This document shows positions 45,101-58,834 of a stretch of 64,000 nucleotides of DNA, one piece after another. The position numbers and the translations under genes are program-made. The DNA is from Phoronis australis. Lineage: Eukaryota > Animalia > Phoronida. The stretch's first letter is position 1. Each line of letters opens with the position of its first letter. The notes beneath the pieces are model-generated. The model saw only the letters and a program-made list of their open reading frames with translations, was not told the DNA's origin and ran no database searches. The stretch lies in contig NMRA01000569.1 in NCBI GenBank assembly GCA_002633005.1, positions 199,774 to 263,773 of the forward strand. The letters are read 5' to 3'.

Positions 45101-48100
45101 GAGGAGCTGGAGCTGTGATGACATTAAACCCCTGCAGACTGGCACCAAGACTTGCTTCCAATAATTCGTTATTAAGGCTCTGTGTATTCTGACTTTCACT
45201 CAACACCACAAAGGATTCTGAACCAGACCCATGGCGTCCAGCGTCATTGGCATTGCCGCCCTCATAGTGATGTTCATCAAAAACAAAGGGGTCGCTAAGG
45301 TGGGGTGACACTGACTTGGGAGTATGTCTAGGAGTGACTGATCTTGGAGTCACCCGGCGCAGGAATACATCATGGAGTTCAGCGGGTAACTGTTTGTACA
45401 ACTCCAACACAGCCATGATGCATAGGTGGGCCCCAGCAGAGTGGCCTATCAACATGATATGATCCTGAAGTAGAAATGTGGATAACAATGCCAAAGTACA
45501 TAATTATATTTGTATTCAATAACGACTGCAACACAATTTAACATTTTTATTCATTTTTCAAACTATCATTAGTTCATTAAATATCAAGCTTTCTAAATCA
45601 GAATACTACAGCAAGGATTCAGTATCTTCAGCATGAAAACATAAAATACTCCTATGACAACACATTTCAATACTTAGTTTTAGTCGAACTTCAACATTTT
45701 CCAGGCAAATAAAAATTTACAATAAAGTTACAAAAAGCAACACCATTGTTGCTATCCAAGGGTGTATCATGATACTGAGGAGATATAGGTGACAATGACT
45801 GACAAAGTTTTGTCCATTCATCATGTATTAACCATTTAGTATTATCTTCATAGTTATTTCAAACCTTATTTAGTGGCCTCCATTCTAAATCGTATATCAA
45901 AAAACCAGGCTTTGTCAACTAGCAACTAGTAAAAGTATATAAAATTATTTTCTGAAAGAAAAAAGATCAGGGATTACAAAAAATATGTTATAAATTTTGT
46001 GCCATTATTTTTATTACATTACCACTTTTTAAGTCAAAAATTCATTTTTAAGAAAGGTACATTCATACCAAAATAACCCCTCACACGATTTTAATGAGAC
46101 CTTTTTTAAATGAAAACTTCACCAGTTACCTCAAAAAACAGGAATTTTTGATTGGACTTTAGTTTGGTTCCAATGGCAAATCAACTCTTACAACGTAATG
46201 TACTTTAGTAAAAATAGCAGTCGTATTTGTCTTTCAACATTCACTCACAATGGCAACTGAATTTGCAGTGCATAATTAATTTAATTATCGCTAAAACATT
46301 TCATTTTCTGGTCATCTCCAGTCAGAGCAGGCTCAACTGTTGACCTACTTAAAAGTACGTCAACGGTTCATTGTTATACACACTATGAGCCAGGAGACTG
46401 ATAAGAAACCATGTACAATATGGACAACAGAAATCGGGTCTGTGGTTAAAGCTTATCATGAGCATGAGATCGAAACAGCGAAATGTCAAAATACCTGAAT
46501 TAAGGAATTTGGGTGAGGATTTATATCTTTTCACAACTTGCTGTGTTTGTGAACACAAAGTCACAGAGGCATGCAGAAACTCGGAGCATTCGTTCTCAAC
46601 AGTCGTATGCATAAAGACGAACATCTCCCTCAAGCATCAAAACTAGGTTTTGTTTTCATTTTCCCCGGCATCTTTCTAGCATATGTAAACCTTGTTGACT
46701 CAATATTATGGTGAGTGACAGCCCTTTAACCCTTGACCTCGGATAAGTTGTAAACAAATTTCCATGCGGTTGTGGGGTTCCAAGGTGGCTCTTCTAAAAA
46801 ACGGCCAATTTTTGCAAAGAAGGTTTGAGATATCCTTAATACCCATGTGTAACCAAGATAAAGCAATCACTACAAGGCATACTTCTATAAGTTATTGCAG
46901 AGAACCATGTCGTGTCCAATGAAGTGGAATTTTTGTTAGAAAACCTACCCCCTTTCCTCCATACTGATCAATATTGTCATGTATCCAAGCTACACAGTCC
47001 ACTACATCCTGTATCATGTCATCCACATAGCCCTGTGATGATAAAAACACAACTTTCGCAAATGTGTTCAAATGACATAGCAAGGAAATAAGAAATAGAA
47101 AGCAATGTTAAGCATTGAAATGGTTATTAGTATCATTAAAAGGGCCACTAGGTGGCGCACAATACGTCAGAGCTTTCTGAAAATGGAAAGTTGTAGTCAT
47201 CTCGTTAACAGAAAAAAATATTTCCCGAATTTCATGAAAACCTATCAAGGATCTCCAAAGCTAGAGACAAACAAACAAACAAAATCATATTGAACAGCTT
47301 ATTATTTAAAATGGCTTATTCTTATTAAAATGACATAGGCCTCGCTTTTGAGGTCCGAAATTCAATTTTTTGCCTATGTCATTTTAATAAGAATAAGTCA
47401 TTTTAAATAATAAGCTGTTTTTGCCTTTACTAAGGAGTCGCACTGGTAGTCAGATCCGTCCACAAGAAGACATCATATGCTCTGAAGTTCATACGAATAA
47501 ATTTGCCAAACTTTGCAAAGATCCTACAACAGGTTTATACAGCAGCAGCAGATGTAACAAAAGATGTCAATAGGAGGCACCACTAGTCCGAAAATCAATG
47601 TCAGTCATGCTCAGAAGAAACACATCTGCCAATTTTCATAACGATCCCAGAGCAGTTTGACGAATACGGAGACAGACGACAGAAATAAGACTGACTCAAA
47701 AATAATAAAAAATACCACAAGGTGGCCCACAATCAGTCAAATCTATCAAAAAATTGAAAGTTGCTATTATATCAATAACAGAAACCTATTTACCAAAAAA
47801 TATGAAAAACCGTAGAGGTACTCTAAAGACAAAGGCAAACATTAAAAACTAAAATTGCCACAAGGGGCACATCAGTGGTCACATTATCCAAAAGTTGTCG
47901 TCCATATAAAAAAATAATTGCTGGCGGTCTCGTACACGTAGTACCAGATGTGCGCAGGCCGCGCATGTGGGCCAATTGCACTGATCACCTAAAACTATTT
48001 TTGTGCTTTATTAATATATTGTTAAAACTGAGCTGAGGAGCTAGAAACCTGACTCAAGGGTTTAGCAGTGCGGCCCAGTGGGACTCGAACCCACGACCTC

Positions 48101-50192
48101 AAGTAAAGAAGGCGGGCACCTATCACACTAGTCCACACTGCCTCCTCACATCCATAGGAAATGCTCTATTTTACAAAGATCGTGCATAGTGTTCAGGAGA
48201 TACAGCTGTGGACACAAAAATTGTCAATAGGAGGTGCTACAGCAGTCTGGCCCACCCAAAAATCAACAAGCAGCTGACATTTGTAGTCTTATCAGGAACA
48301 TGTGTACCAATTTCTATAATAATCCCTCAAGTGGTTTGGCAGATGGAAAGACAGATGCTAAAAATGTGCCATGACTAAGAGACTTGTACAAAACATTTGT
48401 CACAGAACAAGACAACATTAAGACATGTTGCCAAGTTAGTTGTTCATGCAGACACTGAGAAAAATGTTTCTAGATGATACAATTGGTCTAGCTAATCTGT
48501 TGTTACTTTGCAATGTGGGCCTGTGTACTATAAATAAACATCATATAATCTCAATTAAACTAATATAAATTAACTAAAATCAAAATCTCAGTGTCTCAGT
48601 GTAATCAAAATATAATCTATATCAAACATAAATAGAACTTACTTTTGGATAAATAGAATAATTTGGACAAGCCACGACTGCATTCAGCCTATCAGCAAGC
48701 TGACAGCATACAGATGAATAAATACTTTTGTCCCCCGAAGACCATCCTCCACCATACACAAACACGACCACAGGGCAGGCACCATTGTTTGCACCAGACG
48801 ATGTTGGGAAGTAAAGGTCTAAGTTATTATTACTGCTTCCAAAGGAAACATCCTGAAATAAAATGGACATGTTTAATAAAGTATAACGCACAATCAAATT
48901 ACAATTTTTAAAGACAGCTAGGTTACATTTCAAACTTTGTCAGCAAAAAACAGTAATTCAGGTAGACTATACAAGAAATCTAGCTTGACTGTGAATGTAT
49001 TAACTTGCCATGCTTGAAACCATGAACAAAAATTACATAAAATGTCACACCAAAAACATGATTAACCAAGACAAGGTTGAAGTAAGAATTGAAATATTTG
49101 CACCATACAAGTCTATTAATGTTAAGTAACATCAGCAGTGACTCTTTGAAAACTACAACTACACATTTATAACCCTTAATCTTTTATGAACAATTTCATC
49201 AGGATGTTGGTTCAATAAATATTAACATTTCCATCCACATAATTCAAAAATCAAAACAAAAATTACCAGAAATTTTCAGCCTCTTAAGACTCCAGTTGAA
49301 TGGCCCCTAGATGTCGCTAAGCATTGCACAGGGCTGTACAGACAGCTGTGATGGAAAGCACCACTGTCTCTGTTCCATGGATTTCCTCGACATGAAATCC
49401 AGACTGCCTCCTCATTAGACTCGGAGTCAATAATGATGGTGCCCGACCAATTTATAACATGGTTCAGTTGTAATGCATGGTCTGTAATGGCAGATCTGTG
49501 AACCTGTGTGAGGCATTTTTTTCAGATATATCTTGTAAAGGATTTATTGGACCACATGTTGGCTTTTTTACATTGATCATATATGGCTTTAGATTCCTGG
49601 TTTCCAAGCATTGACAACATGTACCAGGAAAGAATCCCAGATAAAAGTCCACAAATTCGCCATCACAGACAACGTGTTACAACAGAACCACATTGTAAAT
49701 AGTTGGGCACCTCTCTCAATGATGGTCTAATGATTTTTCTCCATGTATCAAAGTCTGGATTTCACTTTAGATAAATCCAATGAACAGAGACAGGGTGCTT
49801 TCCATCTCAGTCTATTCAGCCCAGCTGTGCTACACTCAGCGATACCTACCAGCAATTATACAAACTTTAGTTTTAGGAAGCTGAACATTATTTTGGTTTA
49901 GATTTATTGAAACTTTTTACAATTAATCACTAACCTTGATTAGCCTGTTTTCTCCAGCAGTATAATATAAGTATTTTGCTCTCAAAAAGAAACTTGTATA
50001 TTTTAAGTACAGTAATTGTTTCAAAACATGCCAGTTGACTGCATAAACTTTCTTGGGATCTAATGCTCTTCTGTACTTCTTTTCCTCAATTGGCCAACCA
50101 TACAGGAAGTTACAGAGTATGGCCACAGCATACGGTAACACCACTGTAGTCGACAGCGCAATCACCGCACCACGGTAAACCGTGCTTGTCAT
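42140..50192 (-). CDS. Alpha/beta hydrolase, HSL-like carboxylesterase (ICME/kynurenine formamidase-like) with a hydrophobic N-terminus
   Basis: Exons (minus) 50192-49935, 48852-48643, 47032-46949, 45464-44882, [43773-43617 or 43274-43118], 42371-42140. Motifs: LDLYFP, PVVVFVYGGGW (oxyanion loop), GHSAGAHL (nucleophile), LLHGTNDSIVP (acid), GCGH (His). Confidence 0.92.
42557..42707. mobile_element. CAGGGGCGGATCC-type MITE (relative at about 52302-52627)
   Basis: Both copies start cagg(a/g)gc..atccaggattttgagtt..ggggggc and end with a degenerate inverse. Confidence 0.55.
43118..43274 (-). CDS. Hydrolase alternative exon 5b (157 nt)
   Basis: TAG...GTAAGA borders, phase 1 to 2. Encodes GIAGVYDVGEQYHYYYEQGIEDIKALGRCSYGPEHFHRFSPVQIVQDLPSNS. 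Confidence 0.88.
43617..43773 (-). CDS. Hydrolase alternative exon 5a (157 nt)
   Basis: AG...GTAACC borders, phase 1 to 2. Encodes GLAGVYNIGQHYQHEYMRCVEDLSGMSRAMHGPTCFNRYSPTITVQDLPRNA. Confidence 0.88.
43960..44534. repeat. About 575-bp near-identical duplicate of 44635-45209 (3' part of hydrolase exon 4 plus intron); probably an assembly/haplotype artefact
   Basis: Offset is 675 bp with only scattered substitutions. The copy stops exactly at the N at 44535 and lacks the acceptor and the GHSAG half of the exon. Confidence 0.9.
47293..47419. repeat. 48-bp near-perfect inverted repeat with a 31-nt spacer
   Basis: aacagcttattatttaaaatggcttattcttattaaaatgacataggc versus gcctatgtcattttaataagaataagtcattttaaataataagctgtt; one mismatch. 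Confidence 0.92.
47930..48147 (-). mobile_element. tRNA-derived SINE
   Basis: Minus strand: A box TGGACTAGTGTG, B box GGTTCGAGTCCC, then ccttgagtcagg, resembling the conserved SINE body motif ccttgagcaagg. The 3' limit is approximate. Confidence 0.7.
49308..49848. mobile_element. TIR element with TAG...CTA ends (Academ-like)
   Basis: About 95-bp imperfect TIRs, for example gatggaaagcacc/ggtgctttccatc and tgaaatccagact/agtctggatttca. Confidence 0.65.
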
Positions 50193-53100
50193 ATTTGGAA
50201 ATGGACTGCAAAAATAAATAGAAGAAAGTTTGCAGTACAATGATGCTCACAAAGTAGACTAGCATTGTTTACCGTTAAGGCAACACTTCAAGGTACCAGA
50301 TGCTGTTTTTTTGAATATTTAAATATTCAGTCCAGCAGACAAGTTGGTAATGGTCTCACTGATATAACATGCCCGTACTTTGAGAACCAATCTTCTCCAC
50401 TGAATAACGGGCATCAATTGGTTCTCAAAATGCAGACACTTTATATCAGATATAGTCTTATTCACAATATATTATGAAGGACCTGGATGGTTCAAGACTT
50501 ACATTTTGTAAACAGAAAGAGAACTTTTAGAAAATTTTGCATGAGCGATGCAAAGCATTGAAATGCACCCACAATTGCAGCGCAAACGGCATGCTTCTAG
50601 GTATTTACTAATATCGTAAAAATGGCCCCTAGGTCGTGCAGAATGCACCAAGCCCATCCAAAAATGGGAAGACACCAATGTCTCCTAAATAAAAATCTGT
50701 TTGCCTAATTCCATAAAAGTAGGTCAAGAAGCTCAAAAGATACAGAGCCAAACAAAAAAAAAATAAAAATTGTCACTAGAAGGCACAGCAACAAATGAGT
50801 TCACATGCAAGAAGTTGCCATCGGTTGTCACATTCTTCATAGGAATAAACTTGCCAAATTTTACAGAGATCTTGCAAATGGTTCAGGAGATGCAGCCTTC
50901 AAGGCAAAAAAAAAACAAAACTGCCCATGGGGAGACCACTGTTCTTATACCTGTTCAAAAATCCATGTCATACCTGGTCTTTTCAGCAGGAACATGCCTG
51001 CCAATTTTCATACCAAGTCGGTGGCAAATAGAGAGGGGAGGCCTAAACCAGACTAATAAATTATAAAAATGGCAACTAGGTAGCTGAGAATATGCCGAAT
51101 TCATATCTCCTGGAGCGAGCAGTGTAAAAATGGCCAGGCAAAAAAAGTTTGATTACGGGAGAATTTGTCTGAGATGAAAGGAATTAAAGACATCGATGGC
51201 CTCATAAGGTGTCCCTCTATGCGCAAAAGGTACTTACAGCAATGTGACTTTGATGGCTTAATCAGTGTGAGGCATAAATCGTCTAAGTTTCCAGCATATG
51301 AAGGCCCCATGGGAGCATCACCATCTCCACTTAGCAGTACATACAGACAGTACCACTAAAAGCTGGGGGAGTCAGACCCGGTTCAAAAGAAATAATTGTC
51401 ATCTGTTGATACCTTCATATATATACTTGTCACATTTCAAAAAGATCTTAAGACGGTTTTAAGAAAAACAGATGTGGAAGCAGAAACAAACAAAAATTGC
51501 CACTAGGGGGTGCAACAGTAGTCGGATCAGTCCAAAACTCATCGCCATCAGTCGTCATCTTCATAGAAACAAGTCAGCAAAATGTCATTAAGACATAGAG
51601 CAACAGACGTCAGACACCCACAGATGATGGCAAAATGCACCTATATATGTATAAGTAGGTGCAGAAAAGCCACACATGAAATGACCAATTAGACATAGGG
51701 TACTAGGCACAGCTGGAAAAAGCCCATGACAGTTCAAACAATTTAAGTGACAATTTATATACTAGGCTATTGTTGTGCTTACCTTTCGTCGGTTTGTGCA
51801 AAATTTACCAGACTGAAACAAATTCTCCCCAGTTTGGTAACCTGGTTCTATTCTATTTACAACTGACTATTCTCAGTCAGTGAGTGTTACAAGAAAAAGT
51901 ACGTAGGCCTACACTGCTATGACACAGCCATAGCCATATAGGCCTACAATACAATCAATAGGTACAGAACACAGACATTTCAAAACGAATTTTGAAGTCC
52001 CAAAGCAACAAACTTGATTCCTTTCTAACAAGAACAAAATGCAGTGCGAGATATGAGAAAGGCGGCAATAGTTACCTTCAGAAAGAAAAGGCGAAAGGTT
52101 TACATTTTACGCATTGTCCAAATAATTTAATTTCTGCAGTCACGAAACTTTGCAGCTACAACTCTTAGTTTCTTTTATCGTCGCTAGGTTATTCGACGAC
52201 AGAGACCTCTGGGAGACCTTCTAAACGGTACGCCTGGACGGTTTGTTCAAGCCACCGACCGGGACGAGTGAGATTGGAGTATTTAATCTGTGGTGGCAAT
52301 GCAGGGGCGGATCCAGGATTTTGAGTTGGGGGGCCAAGACACAGGAATAACCCGAATTTCGCCACATGCGCACACCCAGCCGAAAATGTAGGGATGCAGA
52401 GAGTGTTGAAGTTATGTTCTTATCTTAAAAAAAAACGGGTAAACGCCGGTGGCTTGTTCACAAGGCTGTGCATTGGCCCTTCCCCCGAATCCCCCTAGGT
52501 GCGCGCATATTCCAGTCAGAAATTTGCACCTCGAACTGCCAGTAGTAATCTGAGAGAATTTTTGGGGCCGGGCCGGGGGCCATGGACCCATTGCCTCCTC
52601 CCCCCTGTTCCCCAACTCCGCCACGTGGTCATCATGCAGTGGCAAGATCTGACAAAACTCAGTGCAGTTACACTTGCTACGACGTGCTGCATAAATAAAA
52701 CTTTTTGACTTGAGCTTTAAATTAAAATGCTTTTGCAAAACTATGTTGCTCTCAGATTAGAACTTGACTTCTGTTTCGTTGAAAATCAGAAATTTTAATT
52801 GGTCTTACGCTCCACTTTTAAGAATAATAATTAAATGTCACTTGAGGAAAAGTGCCGCAAAGTCTCTGAGAAGTGAAAAGGTTGGCCAGCGCCCGATATC
52901 AACACAATTCAAGTTACTTTTGATCAAAAAGTCCCTAATAAGCACATCCAACGTGACTCAATTTCTGTTACACTGACAAAATAGGAACGTTTCTGACCGG
53001 CAGTCATCGAAAAGGCACTCTCATACATTGGTCACAGCCCTAAATGTATTACCTAATTAGGAAAGTGACATTGTTCAAGCCACTTTTTCAGTTGGTATTA

Positions 53101-56100
53101 AAAATGTCAGTGAGCACTGAGCAATTTCCAACACCGTGATTCGACCCCACTCTCATTTTCTTCGCTCAGTCAAAGCCGATTACTTGTGTGTGTGGGACAA
53201 GTGAACGAAGAAACATGCCACCCAGCCTCAAGTTCTACCACGAAGTGAATTCAGGGGCATCGCTTCCCAATTCTGTTTTCAACTGCCGAAAGTAATTTAT
53301 TTAGCTTGTATAATACAGCTAGTGCGAATATTATAATAACAATTTAAACTCGCAATAAATGAAAAAGATAGGTTGTAGAGGACTTGTTATAAAAAAATAC
53401 AGTCATATTTTTATTGTTGTGAAGTTTGGGTTATCGCTAAAAACATTACTGATATGGTTCCAGAAATGTGGGTGAAACTCTTTGTAGTAGAACGTAGAGG
53501 CATCTATACAAAACACAAACTCGATCTATATATGCATTTGATAACGCATCTAAACTACAACGTTTGTCTTTCAGAACAATGGATGGACAGTGGCAGAATC
53601 GTGTAGTGACAATCGCTAAATGAAGAATTTCACTTTTATGCGAAATATTTGTACAGCTTTTTTTGGCATGTAGTTAATACTTGTAATGTGCAGTTGAAAA
53701 ATTGTGACAATAAGAAGTGTAAAGTCATCATCACCATGGTTATTTTCGTTTCGCATTGAAGGTGCATTTTGCATTACTTAATTGGCTAAAAAGTAAATCG
53801 AATTCGGTATTTTACTTTCATAAAATCAGTTTTGTAATATGCATCACCGTGATAGGATTCTATTTTCGTTACCAACGAGTACATCGAAACCATCAGCGAT
53901 TCAAAAAACACCCCACTGAGAGGAAATTCGAAGATGGCGCTCGTACAAATTATTGGAAATATAACGATATCAATTTCATGAGAATAAAACTGTTAATTGG
54001 ATACTATTTTCTACACAGCGAAATCCTGCTTTAACATTACAATTTGTGGCGTTCAGTACGCGCGAATTATTGGTTATAAACGTCATTGCACAGTCTAAGA
54101 CATTATGGGCAGAAAATAAATCGCTTTTCTAAAACGTGGCTCAGTAACCACAAAAATTCCAGTACATGTTTTAATGACTGGTAGACAGTCTAAATAGAAT
54201 ATGTGCATTGGAAAACAGCTGTGGTGATTGGACAAAGCAAATTTCGTTTTGTAATATAAACACCTTTCATTAAAGTTTGGCGGTAAAAAATTGTATTGTG
54301 CAAATTTGTGGATTGTATTACTACTAGACGTCAGCGAATAGACTGGCTGAAAATGTGGTTTTAACGTCATACCAAATTCCTCCAAACTAAAACATACTCT
54401 ACAGTATGTTTTGTTGAAAGCATGATTTCTTAAAGAGGCACGAAACGCGAAAGCTCGTCAAAATATCTTTTAAACATTTCCTGACGAAATTGCCATCTCG
54501 CAACGTCTACTACACCACAGAGTTATTCACTTTCCCCTGTGAGGAAATTTCCACGAAAAATCACAAAATTCACGATTTTCGGCGAAATATGTGCGGAGGG
54601 AAAACACTGTAGTCACCACAGAATTTCTAATGTTCCTCACACTTATGATGAATGTGAGCATGCGCTCACAGTCATTCGATAAACAGCTGACAGAGAAAAA
54701 GCCATTTTCCCGAAAGCATACTAGCGGCAGATTATCACGTGTCATCGCACTGGACCGAATCGGATGTCGACACCACACTATGAGGTAAGCCAGGGACTGA
54801 AGCAAGAGATTTCGAAAAGAGAATTCCAAGTACATTTTAACATTTTAGAATATATTTGAATATTACGATACCTTTGTAAGAGATCTCGCTCTGACGAACA
54901 TAAGTAAAGTTTGAATAATGACAACTTTTCTAAAATGTAGCGGCAACGGTTTCGGCGGTGAAACATCCACCATTGTCCAGCTTTATTCAGAGAATGGATG
55001 CAAGGATGGCTACAGGTACAATACACAGAAATTCCAAAACACGCAGAAAGACCAGAACAGGATTGGCTAGCAATTAGCAAATCACAACTGAAGCAGTGTA
55101 GTGTAACAGTGTCAAAGACTCGTGGCAAACCTGTGCATTGGGTGAGGGCGTTTCAAACACCGAATGTGAATGGTTCACCCAGTGTATTGTAGATCTGCAG
55201 CGATGATTTTCTGTATCCTTTTGTGGTTTCCAGTGACACGTGAAACAAAAATTGAAGAAGCACGGCAAATTCCGGCCGGGCACTGTACCTTTCACCTTTG
55301 GGTGCTGATGACAACAATGATACTAGGCTAACCCTTACGCCACTGCTGTGGTTTTTAGTTCTGAACCACGATCAGTGGCTGAAAATCGTACTCTAAAAAA
55401 AGGGCGTCACTCATTATTATCTGAAAATCAAACTGTCGTGGATTTATTGCAGTTTTGGGTTTAATCTGAACGACCAGCAAAACGCATTTATATTTACATT
55501 CATGGGTACAGATTTGGGTTTAGTAATCCGTGAATCAAAATTGTTACAGGCCCCACACGTTTGCTAACATTTTTTCAACTTGAGTTAAGGACCCGAAACT
55601 TCGCATAAACTTAGTGTAGGCAACTTCCTCAAAATGCTGTAGCACGCTATGCGAAAATAATTTACCACTGCCTAAGGATTTTCGGGAGTGTGTAGACAAC
55701 ATCTCGGTTTAGACGCGGAATTATTTCGCGTTTTAATTTTGAAAAGGCGCATTATAGTCACGGGAGTTGTGCTTTTGATCAATGTGGTAGATTTGAAGCA
55801 CCAATTGTTAAAGTGACTGAGTAGATATGTCACAAACACAATGGAGTCTGTATTTGGCGATTCAGATTCTGAGCTACCCTTTTCGAGCAAGGCCGCTCCG
55901 CTCATGTCGCCGTGATTTCGCAGATCGATTTTGTCAAGCACATTACGAATGTAGGATCATGCCTACTTAAGTCAAACTTAACACTCACGTTATATTGTCA
56001 GATCTGTGAATACACTTCCCATTACTTTCTCGTAAGTAAACCGTACAACTTCACCAATCTGTTGCTACCCTGAGTTAGGGTTCTGTCAGCTGGACACAAA

Positions 56101-57316
56101 CTTCCTTAACTAGCTAGGCTTTAGTGAATGACCTTCAGTGAGTAGGTACTTTTATGATAGGTTTCATGGATTACCTACGCGTTAAGTGCGATTATCAACA
56201 ATGTATACGCTAAGTCTGTTGACCTACTATAAATCATTAAACTTAAATGTTGTGACTTAAGTAGGCCTGTGTCATTTGTACCACTTATGCTCAGGCTGTT
56301 CAGACCCGATCCGTGTGTTCTCAGTGTCCATTTTTAACTGTTGTGTACATATTTCTAATTTCTAATTCGTTCACTAGCATGTATGCTAATGTCTATTTGT
56401 TATTCAACATATCGATATGAAATAAAAAGTTTTTTATGTTCTACTTGTCTGTGGTTGGCTTACTCATAGACATACATCAGACTACTATTTTCACTGGCAC
56501 ACTTTTGCCATCTATTGTGCAAAATTGTAACTAATGACGTATTGCATCAACTGACATTTCTTCTCAAGTCATAATATGGATAGTTAAATATGCATCTTTA
56601 GAAAAATAAACTCGGAACTAATGATTCTCGGAAGAACTTACAAATCATCAGAAATTTACTAAATATATTAAATGAAAAGTTCACTCTGAAGTGACTTTCA
56701 ATTACCCAGAATCCAAAATGGCTAATCGTGTTCCTGTCGGAGTGGAACGTGTTTCTTGATTGAAGTTAGCTTTAGTTGACTATACGCCATATAATGTTTT
56801 GTGGAGGCGATTACTTAACTGCGTGAACTTTACTGAGATAAACATAATGGTAAGCAGCAGGATCGTCTCACTCAATGTTGCAAGAAGTTTATTTCCTTTC
56901 AGGGAAACGGAAAAACCCAACCCACTCAATAACTTCGTACGCGGGTAGGCCTAACTTCGTTCCAGCCTCCAGGCTACTCGGCTTTAACTGTCTCGGATTG
57001 AGGACGGGGACAGTTATTCCTGCTGAATAACCTTCCCGCTACTCATTGATTTCAAACATCCAACTTACTGACCCGCTCACCCTATACAGGTGACCTGTCA
57101 CTAGCAAGTAAGAGGCACAGAACTGCCGTTGAGTTACAGACAATAACCACCGTCTCTAGCTGGCTCAGTAGAGATGGTGTAGCTTTTATAGACACTTCAC
57201 ACACAGGAAGCTTTTTGGTGAATTATGCCTCACACCGACTAAAACATCTAACTCGCGTTATACCTTATGCGCATAGAGGGACACAAGCCTTAGGAAGCCG
57301 TCGATTTCTTTAATTC

Positions 57317-57631
57317 TGTTGTAATTATGCGGGGTCGGTCGGCCAAGAGGACACACAAGTTCGGGCCTATTAACACGGTGCAAGAGCAAAGTCTGGAGGA
57401 TACTCACATTGCGTCCGCACAGGACGGCAGCGAACTCCAGAAGGCCCAGACGATCTTGTCACGTGGTCTTGATGGTTGACTCGTCACGTGATAGGAGTGA
57501 CCTCGGCTGGGCTCTTCTGGCGTCAGATGTCGCACCAGGCCAAGACCAACATTGACACGAAAAGGACATCACAACATAGAGACGCCACAGCCGAGACTGA
57601 CGTCGACATTTACTACATTCCTCCCTTCCCT
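57317..57631 (-). mobile_element. LTR retrotransposon remnant: about 300-bp 3' LTR with polypurine tract
   Basis: TGTTGTAA...TTACTACA inverted termini (57317-57617). On minus, the purine tract AGGGAAGGGAGGAA (57631-57618) abuts the TG start. The element truncates a copy of repeat family A. Confidence 0.6.
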
Positions 57632-58834
57632 AAAGAAAAGGAGTGGAGCCCTTATAGGAAATGGCGAACGTCACTCCCAACACCTAAACATAAACCCTTG
57701 ACCTAAGATGACAAGACTCTAAACCCTATAAGTAACATGATTAGGAATGACCTTATGAAGTAAGAATTACTGTTTAAATTTTATCTAACTATTCTCCCCC
57801 CTACCAAAAAAAACACATACTAATTAGACATACAGTCATAGCATATATCCATTATTGTAGTCGAACATGACTAAAAAAAAAAAAAAAGAAAATATGCTCC
57901 ACTAATACCAGTACCAGGGAGCATAAAATTCCTGGACTATGCTATGACAACACTCTTATTGTTGGTGATGACCTGGCGAGAGAATATATACATTTTTTTT
58001 TTAAAACTAAAAAACTGAACAACAAAAGCATACTGGCCAAAAAATGAGTATTAATTACTTTAGTAGTGTAGCATAGAGATATAAAATGATATAGTCTTTA
58101 ATCACATACATAGACTATATAGGAAACTTAACTAGATATACAAAAATAAACTATATAGTAACAACTAATACATAATACTATAGAAAGTATAGTCTTTAAT
58201 ATATAATAGACTATATATATAGTATGAAAACTTATAACAAAAATATACTATATAGTTTTAACAAATAAACACTACTATATAAAAATAATAGACCAGTACG
58301 CTACTTATCTACTTATACTACTTATATTACTAAATATGGACATCACACTTCTCCTTCAGTTCCCAAAATCAGTGACTGGCTATTTTTAACGCTGCGCGCG
58401 CAGTGTAAAAATGGGCAATTATCAATCTTGGGAACTAAACCAGGGACTGCTCGAAGAAAAAGTTTGATAACAGGAGTATTTGTTGGAGTTGGAAGGAATT
58501 AAAGACATTGACAACCTCCTAAGGTGTTTCTCTATACGTGATTTTGATGTTTTAGTCAGTGTGAGGCATAATTTTCCGAAAAGCTTCCGGCGTATAAAGT
58601 GCCTAGATAGGAGCTACACTGTCTCTACTGAGCCAGCTAGAGATGGTCTACAGTCACTGTCTATGCCGCTGACTGTTAACTGGCTCACAGGCAGACCCGA
58701 TACCCCTATTTGTTGGATTACAGATAGGCGCCAAACCCCTTTGTGTTGGCTCACAGACAAGCCCCATACCCATATGTTTTGGCTCACAGATAAGCCCATA
58801 CCCCCTGTGTGTTGGTTCATAGACATACCACATA

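Noticed and set aside
48075-48147. tRNA gene
   Set aside because: A and B boxes are present, but I could not form a convincing cloverleaf and a SINE-like body follows.
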